The position numbers were made by a program, and so were the translations under genes. A model generated the notes under the pieces. It did no database searches, was not told where the DNA came from, and saw only the letters and a list, made by a program, of their open reading frames with translations. DNA of 64,000 nt from Candidatus Paceibacter sp. (GTDB lineage: Bacteria; Patescibacteriota; Minisyncoccia; UBA6257; 02-FULL-45-10c). The stretch is from NCBI GenBank assembly GCA_020724845.1, contig DYGE01000001.1, positions 58,218 through 122,217 on the forward strand, written 5' to 3'. Below are positions 46,412 to 57,800 of this stretch, in pieces; position 1 is the first letter of the stretch; each line of letters begins with the position of its first letter.

Positions 46412-47563
46412 TTAAGTTTGCTTATTGAGTAACTCTAGAATTAGCTTTGCTGTATAATGGCCATTGATAAAGGCGTCTTCCGTACTCGGTACGTCATGGT
46501 CGTTGGCTAAAAACACATTTGGCAAGGGGTTCGAATCAATATATTGATCTCCGTAGAAAAACAAAGCCGGCTCCCATTTATCGTGCGCAATTACTTCCCA
46601 GTTATCAAAATATTTCGAGACGTTGTCCCGTTCGCCGTAAAAATACAAGTAGCTGCCATCCCTTTCCCTGGAAATTACTGCCCCTTCTTCAATAGGGAAA
46701 AAGTTATACCATGAGACATCGTAAGGCTTCTTAAGCTTCCCCTGTAAGTGATAATAATTCACGTTTATCCCGCCTTTTATTTTTTGAGGTTTCACCACAT
46801 GGGACAAAAGATTGTTAGCAACGTCCATTGGAGTAGCTAAGACTAGGATATCGCACTGATAGACCTCCCCAGACTTTGATTCTAATCGGAATTTCTTTTC
46901 TGAACGGGTAATTTTAATAATTGAACCAAGAATGATATCACCTTTGAAGGGAGAGGTTAATTTTTCAAAATTGAACTTAAACGAATAGCTGGGGACTATA
47001 ACAGTGAGAAGCACTCCCAAGAAAACTGTTGCGGAGACATTTCTTGGATCGGTGAAAAAAGCGGCCCACAAAAACTGCTCTAAATATTCCCTAGTAAGTT
47101 TTTCCAAGCCGTGTTTTTTAATATAATCGCCCGCCTTTTGGTGATAAAGCTCTTTCAAATACGGATCGGCTTCTATAAGTTCTTGATAAGAAATATCTTT
47201 GGCCGATTTCCTGACTCGCTGGACATGCCGGCGAAATTTGAATAGCTCTATTAGCAGTCGTATACCCGCGGGTATATGCTTTACCATTCGCAGAGAGTAC
47301 GCGTGGTAATGCTTGCCGTCTTTATGAAAATGCGCCTTTCCAAAATGGACCAAATCAATCTTTTCAACATAAGAGAGAACATTATGGCAATCGGCGGTTA
47401 TATAATAAGCGCCATAATTAATCTCTCCATCCGGCGACGTCTTAACCCTGCCGCCTATATTTTCGGTGATAATTTTAAATGGTATTTTATTTTCCGAAAG
47501 CCGCTTCGCGCACCCTAAGCCGCTCAATCCCGCGCCAACTATAATAATATCCTGCTTCTTCAT
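46412..47563 (-). CDS. FAD-dependent oxidoreductase
   Basis: IVGAGLSG, IGGRVKT. Confidence 0.8.
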   Translation of the reverse strand: MKKQDIIIVGAGLSGLGCAKRLSENKIPFKIITENIGGRVKTSPDGEINYGAYYITADCHNVLSYVEKIDLVHFGKAHFHKDGKHYHAYSLRMVKHIPAGIRLLIELFKFRRHVQRVRKSAKDISYQELIEADPYLKELYHQKAGDYIKKHGLEKLTREYLEQFLWAAFFTDPRNVSATVFLGVLLTVIVPSYSFKFNFEKLTSPFKGDIILGSIIKITRSEKKFRLESKSGEVYQCDILVLATPMDVANNLLSHVVKPQKIKGGINVNYYHLQGKLKKPYDVSWYNFFPIEEGAVISRERDGSYLYFYGERDNVSKYFDNWEVIAHDKWEPALFFYGDQYIDSNPLPNVFLANDHDVPSTEDAFINGHYTAKLILELLNKQT

Positions 47564-47656
47564 GATTATATATTCATTGTAATATTACTCCGATTACATT
47601 TCAAAAATAAAATAACCGTCATCTGGAAGGTTATTTTATTTATTACTGGCGTTTGC

Positions 47657-48037
47657 TTATTTAAACCACTCCCTCCAATTCTGGGGCCATCCCCGCATCA
47701 AAAGGAGGGCTAAGGGCGCTCCCCAATTAGCAAATCTTTCAACGAAATCCCAGATCGGCTCCCCCGCGATCGGCCTAAGCAAGGCCGTCCATATCCCCCA
47801 GAAAGTCATCCAGAGAAGAGCTATGTTCACTGGGCGTACTAAAACTAAAACCGCGAGTAAAACATCCATCGCCCCGATTAATGGGAGCAGTGTCATGGCG
47901 GATTCCGGAGATAATCCTACGGCCGTAAAATAAGGTATCCAACCTTGTTTAGCTTGAAGAGCGAAAACACCGTGACCGAGAAATTCTCCAGCCACCGCTA
48001 TCCTCAACACCCACTCCGCTTTTTTTATCGAATCCAT
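47657..48037 (-). CDS. DoxX-like membrane protein
   Basis: LRIAVAGEFLGHG, ERFANWGAPL. Confidence 0.7.
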   Translation of the reverse strand: MDSIKKAEWVLRIAVAGEFLGHGVFALQAKQGWIPYFTAVGLSPESAMTLLPLIGAMDVLLAVLVLVRPVNIALLWMTFWGIWTALLRPIAGEPIWDFVERFANWGAPLALLLMRGWPQNWREWFK

Positions 48038-48049
48038 AATATAGTGCTT

Positions 48050-48550
48050 TTAATTATGCGACCTTTGTAAAGATTCCGGCTTGTTGAGTAGGTATAATAC
48101 CCCCATACCTAACAAAAATAGTAAAGTAGATGTAATAGCAGATAATATACAGTACAGACAGATAGCTTTAATAACAAAAATTTGAAGATAAACAAACCAG
48201 GCCGAGGCTAAAATTCCAAAAATTGTAAGGTGTGACGCGACTTTCAAAAATTTTATATCCCGAGTTTCCGCGTAGGCAATGCTAAGCAAGAAAATAGTTC
48301 CATAGTAAATCGCACCCGCTAAAGCTACCGGAATTCCAAAAACAACCGCGTACTCGCTGGTAGTAACCAATTCACATCCATTAAGTATCGAACATTGAAG
48401 CGGTACGCCAAAGTAGTGGGCTGCCGTCAAATAAGAAGCGTCTAAAAATCCTAAGAAACTTAAAATCAAAAAAGCATAACCAGGCCAGGCTGGAATTTTG
48501 AATACGCCGCTATTGGGTGGCGTTGATAATAATGTTTCTGAACTCATCAT
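48050..48550 (-). CDS. Vitamin K epoxide reductase family protein
   Basis: CSILNGC, SEYA, CLYC. Confidence 0.92.
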   Translation of the reverse strand: MMSSETLLSTPPNSGVFKIPAWPGYAFLILSFLGFLDASYLTAAHYFGVPLQCSILNGCELVTTSEYAVVFGIPVALAGAIYYGTIFLLSIAYAETRDIKFLKVASHLTIFGILASAWFVYLQIFVIKAICLYCILSAITSTLLFLLGMGVLYLLNKPESLQRSHN

Positions 48551-49232
48551 AGCTTCTTGGGTTTTGAATTTGGACGCCGTTTAAAAAGAAGGTTGGCGTG
48601 CTATTAACCCCGCTCTTCAAGCCGCCCAGATAGTCCTCTCTCACCTTTTCCTTCACTTCCTTTGAATCAGTATCAATCCTGTACTGTTCCAAATTCAAAC
48701 CAAGCGATACGGCATATCCCTCAAATACCGATTCCGCATTTCGCAAGTTTGACCAACTGCTTTGGTTCTCAAAAATTAGATCGTGCATTTCCCAAAATTG
48801 CCCCTGCTTGCCGGCAGCCTCCGCGGCCCGCGCGGCTAATTCGGCATGAGGATGCTGCTGCAGCGGAAAATGGCGATAGATTAACCGAAGTTGAGCGCCA
48901 AATTCTTCAGAAAGCTGTTTTACTAACGGGAAATAAGCTCCGCATGCCGGGCATTGAAAATCACTGTACTCAACAAGTGTTAGCCGCGCTTCTGGGTTGC
49001 CTTTCAGTTGATCGTTGGAAGAAATCACTGAACCGAGCATTAGTGCCGGATCAGTGTTTTGGGTAAGCCGAACCATAAGAAAAAATACTCCGGCCAAAGC
49101 CCCGACAGCCAAAACTCCGACACTGGCGCGCCTTAAAAAGCGCTTTCTATGCCTCTGCTTATGCTCCGCTTCTTTTTCTTTTTGGCGAAGCTCCCGCTTC
49201 TCCTGTTTTGTAAGTTGCTCGTTATTATTCAT
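48510..49232 (-). CDS. DsbA-family thiol-disulfide oxidoreductase
   Basis: DFQCPAC, RHFPL, STPTFF. Confidence 0.92.
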   Translation of the reverse strand: MNNNEQLTKQEKRELRQKEKEAEHKQRHRKRFLRRASVGVLAVGALAGVFFLMVRLTQNTDPALMLGSVISSNDQLKGNPEARLTLVEYSDFQCPACGAYFPLVKQLSEEFGAQLRLIYRHFPLQQHPHAELAARAAEAAGKQGQFWEMHDLIFENQSSWSNLRNAESVFEGYAVSLGLNLEQYRIDTDSKEVKEKVREDYLGGLKSGVNSTPTFFLNGVQIQNPRSYDEFRNIIINATQ

Positions 49233-49257
49233 CGCGTAACTATATTAACATATATTT

Positions 49258-50454
49258 TTATAGTCTAACAACTTTATAAATCACCCCGGCTTTGTCATCC
49301 GATATGTATAACGAACCATCCGGCTGAACCAAAATATCGACTGGGCGCCCCAAAGCAGTGCCATCTTCTTGAAGCCACCCGCTTATAAAATCTTCCACCC
49401 CGATATAAGTACCGTCTTTGTCCAATTTGTATCTGACAATTTTGTATCCGGTAGGTTCGGTACGATTCCAAGAGCCGTGGAAAGCCACTAGAAGATCATG
49501 CCAATAATCCTCCGGCCAACCGTCGCTCTCCGGAATAAAAGCCAGCCCGAGAGGCGCTGAATGAGCCGGTATGTCTATATACGAAGGAGTCTCAAACGGC
49601 TCGGAGCAGGGATTGCGGATATAAGTATTTTTATCAAATTCAGCATCGTGAATGTTGTTGCCGTAACAAATGGGCCAACCATAATTCTCCCCTTCTTTAA
49701 TGACATTAATTTCGTCCGGGGGCAAATCATCGCCCAGTAAATCCCGGCCCATTTCTGTAGCCCATATTTCTTTAGTGACCGGGTGGATCGCCATGAAAAC
49801 CGAATTCCGCAAACCTCTGGCGAAAACGTCTAGATTGGTTCCGTCAGGACTGGCAGAAAGTATTTTTGCTCTCCTCCAGTCGGCTTCTTCGCAAACGTTG
49901 CAGCTGGAACCGACCGAGATAAGCAGCCGGCTATTGTCCGGAGTAAACAAAATAGTCCGCGTAAAATGATTGCCTCCGCCCGGCAGATTTACAATCGTCT
50001 TCTTGCCGGAGGCCTTAGAGTCGGCGTAAAGATACTCCGCCACCCGGTCTGCTTCAGCTATGTATAGTTTGCAGCCATTTACGCATCTGAATGCAAAACC
50101 ATGCGGACGGTTCAGTCCTTCGGCAATGGTTAGAATTTCATCAGCGGATCCGTCTTGGTCGCGATCCGGTAACGCCACTACCTTATTCTCCGAAAGCAGA
50201 CTGGCCACTAAATTTCCGTCCGGATCAAGCTGCAAAACTCGCGGCCTGCCTAAATTTTCAGCGTAAATAGAAATCCCAAATCCCCTAGCCAATTCAAGCG
50301 GCATATCAGTGGTATTAATAACTCTGCTGATATCCTCCGATGGAGGCCTGATCGCCGGGGCAATGCCGCGCAAATTATTCCAGGCAAAATAAGCTGCCCA
50401 AAGAATAGCCGCCATTAATGCCAGTAAAATTACAGACTTGAAGTATGGCCGCAT
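49258..50454 (-). CDS. Glucose/sorbosone dehydrogenase family beta-propeller
   Basis: GSSCNVC, GLRNS, NYGWP, HSAPLG, HGSWNR, GRPVD. Confidence 0.88.
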   Translation of the reverse strand: MRPYFKSVILLALMAAILWAAYFAWNNLRGIAPAIRPPSEDISRVINTTDMPLELARGFGISIYAENLGRPRVLQLDPDGNLVASLLSENKVVALPDRDQDGSADEILTIAEGLNRPHGFAFRCVNGCKLYIAEADRVAEYLYADSKASGKKTIVNLPGGGNHFTRTILFTPDNSRLLISVGSSCNVCEEADWRRAKILSASPDGTNLDVFARGLRNSVFMAIHPVTKEIWATEMGRDLLGDDLPPDEINVIKEGENYGWPICYGNNIHDAEFDKNTYIRNPCSEPFETPSYIDIPAHSAPLGLAFIPESDGWPEDYWHDLLVAFHGSWNRTEPTGYKIVRYKLDKDGTYIGVEDFISGWLQEDGTALGRPVDILVQPDGSLYISDDKAGVIYKVVRL

Positions 50455-50532
50455 TTTAACTTAATAATACCACGCAAAACGTAATTTGCAGATTCAGCGA
50501 AATCGTGATATCTTATAGCAATTACTAAGCAT

Positions 50533-51777
50533 ATGGCTAAACTCTTTTATCACCGGATAGAAAACTTCAACCGGCTGGATGCTATCAAAGGCATCGAAGG
50601 CTACTGCAAGCGGGTGCTTACGATGACTTCTTCTTTGGAGGACATTGTTCTTCTGGATTGGTATGAAGACATTGTCTTCCCTCCGCCGGAACTTGCTTTG
50701 CTCAACAAGATGGGACTGGGAGTAAAAGAAGAAAATCTCTTTGTTGTAAAATTTGATCACCGGAAAAGTTGGCACGATAACCATTTGAATAACAAAGATG
50801 TCATTGAGGCGCTGAAGAAAAAGGATCTGGAAAAACTTCTTCCTTTTACCGGTAAATCAACAATCGCGCATCTGCTCGCGCAAGAGCTAGGCATCCCGAT
50901 AGCAAGCTGTCCGGCGGACATTGCCGTTTGGGCCGAAGACAAATCAACTCTGCCGCTTCTCACCGATCAAGACACAGTAACCAGGCGGTTTCTTTGCAGA
51001 AACAAGCAAGGGGTATTGGCTAAGTGGGAGAAATTGCAAAAACTCCCAGGCTTCCCGGGAATGGGCGTCATTAAAAATTGTCAAAGCGCTTCTGGCTTAG
51101 GCAGTTCAGTGGTGCGTGACAAAGAAGATATTGAATTGTTTCTAGGAACTTACGATTTCGGCGAGCTTGGCGAAGCAGTTATAGAAGAGTGGTATCACGA
51201 TGCCGACACCCGCGCTCCGAGCATCAACGCCTTCATAAAAAAGGACGGGGCCGCTAAAGAATTGTTTATTTCTGATCAGATCCTTGAGGAAAAAGTAGAT
51301 TTCGGGAAAGAAGGCACTAGGGTTCATATGGGAAACTTAAAGCCATCTACCTACCCAGAGGATGTTCAGGGGAAAATCCGAACTATAACGCTCGAATTAA
51401 TTGAAAAATTAAAGCAAAACGGATATTGGGGCCCGGTTGGTTTTGATACTATCGTGCTGCCGGATAATAGCGTTAGAGTGGTAGAAATTAACCCCAGAGT
51501 CACCGGGCCTCATTACGGCTTCCGTCCGGCAGAACGCTTTGGTTGCGGATATTTCAGGCTGCGAAACGAAGAGAATTTGAAAAAAGAAATCGATATCCAT
51601 AGGCTAGAAACCGCTCTTGGCGGCTTGATCTTTTCTCCAGGCAAAAGCGCCGGATATATTCCTTTTAACTTCTATTCGGGTAAAAAATTTACCGGCGTAG
51701 CAATCGCTAAAACTTTTGAAGAGCGAAATGAGCTTTGTAAAGAACTGGACGCGGTTCTTGAGAAAATCAAGCGGTAA
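50533..51777 (+). CDS. ATP-grasp ligase with pre-ATP-grasp-like N-terminus
   Basis: ASGLGS, IEEW, GFD, VEINPR. Confidence 0.75.
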   Translation: MAKLFYHRIENFNRLDAIKGIEGYCKRVLTMTSSLEDIVLLDWYEDIVFPPPELALLNKMGLGVKEENLFVVKFDHRKSWHDNHLNNKDVIEALKKKDLEKLLPFTGKSTIAHLLAQELGIPIASCPADIAVWAEDKSTLPLLTDQDTVTRRFLCRNKQGVLAKWEKLQKLPGFPGMGVIKNCQSASGLGSSVVRDKEDIELFLGTYDFGELGEAVIEEWYHDADTRAPSINAFIKKDGAAKELFISDQILEEKVDFGKEGTRVHMGNLKPSTYPEDVQGKIRTITLELIEKLKQNGYWGPVGFDTIVLPDNSVRVVEINPRVTGPHYGFRPAERFGCGYFRLRNEENLKKEIDIHRLETALGGLIFSPGKSAGYIPFNFYSGKKFTGVAIAKTFEERNELCKELDAVLEKIKR

Positions 51778-51787
51778 CCAGCACGGA

Positions 51788-52639
51788 CTACACGGCGGAA
51801 TAAGAGGTTATCAGCAAGTAGGTTGCTATGGTAGTAATGACGTATAAAACCAGGCCGGTTGCCAAATCTGAGCGCAAAAATTTCCCGGCAAAGAGATAAA
51901 CAGCAATTGTACTGAAAGCAAAAGGGATAAACCCCAAATAACCGAAAACTGGCATTTCAAATAAACGCGGCATATCCGGCCAGATTATATACCGCCACTT
52001 GCCGCCGGCCCAAAAGTTCAAAAATTCCCACAAGAACCCGCTGACCAGCCCGCTCACAACTAAAGACAGCCAAAAGCTCGCTTTTTTCGAATCGGCGGAG
52101 GTAATTACAAACGGTAAAAGAATGAAAAAAGGGCCGGCCCACATAAAATTATTCAGCCAAACCGATCCGGTGAAAAATATAGGTACCATGCAAAAAGCTC
52201 CAAATAGTATGAAAATAACTCTGTATTTTAATACGAAATTTTTCCCGGCACCTGAAACCGGAAAAGCGCTGAATGGTCCGGTAAAAAACCAAACTATTTC
52301 CGCGATGATCGGGATCACGGTCCCAAATGACAGAAAGCTAAGCAGCAGCCTGTTAGCAACTCCCGGAACAATCCCCTCGTAAACCCACTGTGGGGTTATC
52401 AAATTTACAAATTCGTAATAAACCCAAAAAAGAGTAGAAAGGGGTATGATCACCAATAAAAATTTTTTAAAGTCACTGATAAGGAGTGACTTTTTCCAGC
52501 GCCAGAGATTAATCTCGTCCGCTATCAATATCAAACCCCACCAAATAATTGGATAAACTACCAGCGACAGGTTTTCAAAACTGCCAAATAATACAGACGC
52601 GCCAAAAACAGCAAGTATGGTGCTAATTAGAAGCCGCAT
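51788..52639 (-). CDS. Conserved membrane protein
   Basis: WEFLNFW...KWRY...FEMPVFGYLGF. Confidence 0.7.
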   Translation of the reverse strand: MRLLISTILAVFGASVLFGSFENLSLVVYPIIWWGLILIADEINLWRWKKSLLISDFKKFLLVIIPLSTLFWVYYEFVNLITPQWVYEGIVPGVANRLLLSFLSFGTVIPIIAEIVWFFTGPFSAFPVSGAGKNFVLKYRVIFILFGAFCMVPIFFTGSVWLNNFMWAGPFFILLPFVITSADSKKASFWLSLVVSGLVSGFLWEFLNFWAGGKWRYIIWPDMPRLFEMPVFGYLGFIPFAFSTIAVYLFAGKFLRSDLATGLVLYVITTIATYLLITSYSAV

Positions 52640-52913
52640 CGCTCTTTTGCAATAAGCGCATAATATAAATGGTAACCACCACTACTACGATAGTAATGCC
52701 AATGGCATATATGAATTTGGCCAACAGAGTGTTCTTTTCAATCGGGAAGAGGTAGTTGATTAAGGAGATCACCGCGTCATTCCAGGCCAAGCCGGCAACC
52801 AGACCAAGTCCTCCGGCTAAGTAGCCGGCTACTTTCTGTCGCACCTCCTTAGCTACCCTCTCACTGTCCTGCTTCATATCAAAAATAGATGTTTTAGGAT
52901 CCTTTATTGCCAT
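52623..52913 (-). CDS. DUF5654-like membrane protein
   Basis: GLVAGLAWNDA. Confidence 0.8.
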   Translation of the reverse strand: MAIKDPKTSIFDMKQDSERVAKEVRQKVAGYLAGGLGLVAGLAWNDAVISLINYLFPIEKNTLLAKFIYAIGITIVVVVVTIYIMRLLQKSDAASN

Positions 52914-52926
52914 ATTGTTTTTCTAT

Positions 52927-53649
52927 TTATTTTTCTTTCTCTTTTTCCTTTTGCTCCTCTTTGGCTGCCTTTTCTTGTTCTTTTTCGATCTCTTTTCCCT
53001 TGGCCAGAACCTTGCTTTCCGCTTTATAAAACTTTAAAAGAGAAAATACTACAAAGCTGCCGAGAATGATCCCAACCAGGTTGGAAAAGAAGACCAGGAA
53101 ATAAAACCGCGCGGTGGCGAGATCTAATGTGCTTAACCAAATCCCCACCAAGCTAAGCGGCGGCACTAAAGAGACGGCAATCGCTATGCCAGGAAGCACA
53201 TCCGCTATTTCCTTTCTTATCCAGGCGAAAGTAGCCGCCGCGCCGGAGGCTGCCGCTATAATGAAATATAAAACTGCCGCTCGGAAAGTATTCTCTAAAA
53301 TCTGCGAACTTTCAGCAGTGCCAAAAAGAAGAGCCAATATAGCTGAAATTGCGATTACTAAGGCAAAGGACTTGCCCATTAAAGCTGCCACGCTTCTTAT
53401 CGCCCCAACCTCTCCGACAACCAGGCCTAGCGCTACAACCAAAATCGGCGTAAGTACTGGCGTGACCAACATGCCGCCAATAACAATTGAGGCATTATTA
53501 ATTAAAAGACCGGAGGCGATAATAATGATTGAAAGAATAAGCAGCGTGTAATAAACCGTATTGGACTGGCTTCTCTTAAAAAGCTCGTCAATAGTTTTAT
53601 ATTGTTCTGTCCTGCTTATTTCCAGAATTTTCCCTTCGGTTTTCTCCAT
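52927..53649 (-). CDS. DUF389/TIGR00341 family membrane protein
   Basis: VIGGMLVTP, LPGIAIAVSLVPPL. Confidence 0.88.
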   Translation of the reverse strand: MEKTEGKILEISRTEQYKTIDELFKRSQSNTVYYTLLILSIIIIASGLLINNASIVIGGMLVTPVLTPILVVALGLVVGEVGAIRSVAALMGKSFALVIAISAILALLFGTAESSQILENTFRAAVLYFIIAAASGAAATFAWIRKEIADVLPGIAIAVSLVPPLSLVGIWLSTLDLATARFYFLVFFSNLVGIILGSFVVFSLLKFYKAESKVLAKGKEIEKEQEKAAKEEQKEKEKEK

Positions 53650-53668
53650 AAATTTAATAATACAACAT

Positions 53669-54832
53669 TTAAGCCACTATTTCACTCTCGCCCCTGTTGA
53701 AATAAGCGATAAGGACCGGAGCAAAAAATACTGTAGCGACGCTTAGTATCACCATAGCCGTGATCAATTCGGGACCCAAAATTCCTAGTTTTACCCCGGT
53801 AAATACCACGGCTAGGGTAGTTGAAAGTTGCGGCATGGTAGCCGCGCCCACTAAGGCGCTTTGTAAGGAAGTGAGGCCGATTATTCTGCCGCCGATCCAG
53901 CCGCTGATGAATTTAGATAGCATCGATCCTAGAAGGATAACCGCAGTAATTACAACTGCGTTACCGCCAAAATTCTCGAAGACGCTAAGATCAGTTTCGG
54001 TGCCGATAATAATGAAAAAGGTCGGAATAAAAACTCCGTAACTTATAGTTCGCAGCTTATCTTCCAACGATTCACTAGTGAGGCTTCCAGAAAGAACTAG
54101 TCCGGAGAAGAACCCGGCAATAATCGGATGCAGTCCTAATAGTTCAAAAACTATGACCGTACCTACTAAAATTGCAATAGTCGCTCTTAGGTTCTGCTGA
54201 AAAATATCCTTTTCGTTCCCATGCAATGAGAGTATCCAATGGAGTTTCGGCAAAACCCAGCGAAGCGCATAAAGGGCGATAAAAAGTAGAAGATAAAAAA
54301 TAGGCAAAGGCAGCTTTGTTATCGGGTCAATGGTTTGAAGCAAAATGGAAAAGGCGATCAAACTTGCTGTGTCTTCGAGGATAGTTGCCGCAACTATGGA
54401 TTTGCCTATCCGAGTCTCAATGAGACCTCGCGCTTCTAAAGACGGTATGATAACAGCAATAGAAGAAGAAATAAAAATGATGCCGAGGAGCAGCGCCGGA
54501 ACCCAACCATAACCAAAATAAAATCCAATTCCCAGGCCGATAAGAAAAGGAATCAGACCATTGATAAATGACAAGGCATAAATATCCTTCCCTAATTCCC
54601 GGAAGCTGCTTAACTTCGTTTCCAGCCCTGCCATGAACATCAAAAATACCAGGCCAATGCTTCCGATAAAGGTTATCGTTGAGTTTGGCTCAAAAAGATC
54701 AAGCCCATGCGGACCGATTATTATGCCGCCTAATATCAACGCAATAACCCAAGGAAAGTGGAGGCGGCGAAACACGGTAGAAAAAAATACGGCCGCAAAG
54801 ACTACCAAAAAGAAAGGGTAAAATTCCGCCAT
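53669..54832 (-). CDS. Cation:proton antiporter (CPA2)
   Basis: FLMFMAGLE, ILED, FIPTFF. Confidence 0.9.
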   Translation of the reverse strand: MAEFYPFFLVVFAAVFFSTVFRRLHFPWVIALILGGIIIGPHGLDLFEPNSTITFIGSIGLVFLMFMAGLETKLSSFRELGKDIYALSFINGLIPFLIGLGIGFYFGYGWVPALLLGIIFISSSIAVIIPSLEARGLIETRIGKSIVAATILEDTASLIAFSILLQTIDPITKLPLPIFYLLLFIALYALRWVLPKLHWILSLHGNEKDIFQQNLRATIAILVGTVIVFELLGLHPIIAGFFSGLVLSGSLTSESLEDKLRTISYGVFIPTFFIIIGTETDLSVFENFGGNAVVITAVILLGSMLSKFISGWIGGRIIGLTSLQSALVGAATMPQLSTTLAVVFTGVKLGILGPELITAMVILSVATVFFAPVLIAYFNRGESEIVA

Positions 54833-54861
54833 AACTTTTATTATAGCAGACGAATCTTGAA

Positions 54862-57800
54862 TTACCTGGCTAACGGGCTTAATAGGCGAATTATATCTTC
54901 GCGCCTTTGGGAAAGCGCCTTCTTCAAATAAGGCGCTTCCCCGCCTGACTTTATCGCCGCTGAATAAGTTTCAACAGCATCTAGAAGCTTTGCTCTATCT
55001 CGGTAACTAGCTTCTCCGATTGATAATATGGCTCTCAATTCGGAAATCCTTTCTGTCAAATCGCGTGTTGAATCTTCACCGTCCTTGAAGCCGGCAGATG
55101 TAATAATCTCATCAATAAAAGCGTCATCAATATCTTCCAATTTTTTAAGCATTTTTTGGAGAAGAATCTGGTTTTTAACTATTACCCTCCCCTCTCTAAC
55201 TTCCAAAAGATTATGATAGGCCTCATTGACCGGCTTCCCGGCGAATTGAGGGTTAGCCAAAACCTCTTGCAGTTGAGAAATTCCAAAATGCTCCGGGAAA
55301 CCCTTATATCCGCCCCTTGCTCTGGAAAATAAACTAGCTCCATTATCAATAAAAGCAACTTTGTCTCCTTTAAACATCAAATTCCAAGCCGTTCGGTCAT
55401 ATTGGCCAAGTAGGGCGTCTACCAAAAGGCCTTCCTGAATTTTTTGATTCTGGTGATGTTCTTCCGGCAATGTCAGGCCGCCTTCCTTCCAGCCCTCCAA
55501 AAGCTCCATTTTTAATTTCGGCACCCTTTCAATGGCCACTAAGTCAGTTTTGGGAGTAAGAAGTCCGGCTCTTTCAAGAAATTTCTGCCCGACAAAATCA
55601 GCTTGTACGGTATGGCGCGGACCGCCTTTCAACAAGAATTTTTTGCCTTTCTTATCTTCCCAAAGCTGAAGACGATGAGTGCCAATATAATTACCCCGGA
55701 ATTCCTGAATAAATTTCAATCCCTCAAGCGGATTTTGACTATTAATTCTTATCCGCTGTTCCGGGTCAAGTTTGGGGGAGAAATTTCGCATAACCGCGTG
55801 CTCTACCGTCCAGGCAAGCAGTTGTTGATCTATAGATTTTGGTTTACTTTCCGGTTTTAATTTGCCTTTTTCGTCTAGAATAAAAAGTGCGGGCTTATAG
55901 ATACTCTTTGGACGACCCTCTAAGAAATCCAATTCTCTTGATGGCCCTGAATCTCTAAGCCGACGGGACAATTCTTTTCGGGTCGGATTGCTGGAAGAAA
56001 ATAACATGATTTTTTCATCAACCTCTTGCGAGGATATCCCAATGCCTCCAGTCTCTGCCAAAGATCTTATAGCGAACTCCGGTATTGAGCCAGCATATCC
56101 GGTATCAATAAAAGCAAATTCCAAACCGACTCCATTTTCCTTGAGATACCGGGCTACCTTACTTTGATTCTTTTGGGACGCCATAGATCTAGTCACTACT
56201 ACATATTTTAACTCTTTTCTTTTTAACCCGATTTCATTGGCTTTGATGGCTGTAAAGAAATACCGGCCATCGCGTCCAAAAACCGCCAACTTTTCTGCTC
56301 CGAAATCTTCCAACTTTTCTTTGGCTTCCCAATAAAGCGGCACGTCCTTCTCCTCCACACTTTTATACATTTGCAAATTCTCCTGGTAATGACCAATAAT
56401 TTCTTGTAATTTTTCAAAATACGAATCAGGATACGATTTATCATCACGATTAGCCAGATCTTGGGCAAGGTAATAGCGGATTTTTTCCGCTAAAAGAGTG
56501 CGGAAATCCGGGATCTGCCTACTTCTTTTAAGGGTTGGATGATAAAGCAAAAAAGGATTAGCGCTTTCTGGCATATCTAGAGGCGTTTCCCACCGTACTC
56601 TTTCAATGAAATCTACAAGCTTATCTAGATTTAAGGCGAGATGGGCGATTGATTGCCCGTCTGGAGTCTCTGAATCTACTGACCTACCTAGGAAATACTG
56701 CAGAGCCCTAATTTCACTTATGGCGTTTTCCGGGCGATTTTCCAGAGACGCCAGCGACAACGCTCTCGCGTATGATAGAGCAGCCATGCCGTACGCTTCT
56801 TCATAATTCACCTCTTCCGGAAGATTAGATTCTAAATCCTTCTCCTCCATTACCCCGAAAAGAAAATTTAAATAACTGTCAACATTTTCAAATCCGGCGT
56901 TACGCCTAGAGATAATTCCAAAAAGACCGGCTAAATAATTTTCCGGGGTCAATACTACCCCTTTTTCAAGCTTCGGAGTAAAGCGTCCATAGAAATTTAT
57001 TAACTTCCCAGCTTCCCAGGCGCTTGACGACGGTTGGGGTATAGGAGGTAAAATGGGACCTTCGTCAAAATCGTCATAGTCACCGTCATAGTTAAAGCCA
57101 TAGCCATCGTCATAGACATCATCTTCGCCCATGTCTTCAGCAGGCATATTTTCTACTTCTTTTCTCAACTCCTCCAACCTATTTTTTTCAACGGATTCCT
57201 CAAATTCCTCAAATTCTGGTTTTTCTTCGCTTAAAGTTTCGTTCCAGGAAGATATCGTTTTTGACAGTATTGCAAGCCATCCAGAAAATTCCGGATTATT
57301 TTCAGCCGTCTCCACTAAAACTTTTTTTGCTTCTTCTGTCCCTAATATGCCCGCAAGCGCGGAGGCTGCCACGCGTAAATCGCTATCTAGGTGCATCTTA
57401 CGCGCGTAGTCTTCGGTAACCGCATTATTAATAAACTGGACTATAGCCGGAGCCAAGCTCGGATCTTTTGATCTTCTTAATAATTCTAAAATTTGATGTA
57501 GATTGCTGCCATCAACGTTATCCAAAATAGCTGGTTTTTCTAGAATAGTTGCCGCAAATTTTGCTGAATCTTTGTAGCCGAGGCTAAGGTAGAGGTTAAT
57601 ATACCAATAAATCCCCTCGCCCCTTGATGATGCTGCTGAGTTAATTTTCTTCTCAAAAAACTGCTTAAACGCTGGCCCTGCCTTTTTCATATCAAACCAA
57701 TACTCTCGCTCGACCAAATAAAGGTTCTTACCGCCTTGCGCTCTAGAAAATTTATTTAAAAAAGCTCTATAACTTGTGTAATCTTCCCAAGCAAATCCAG

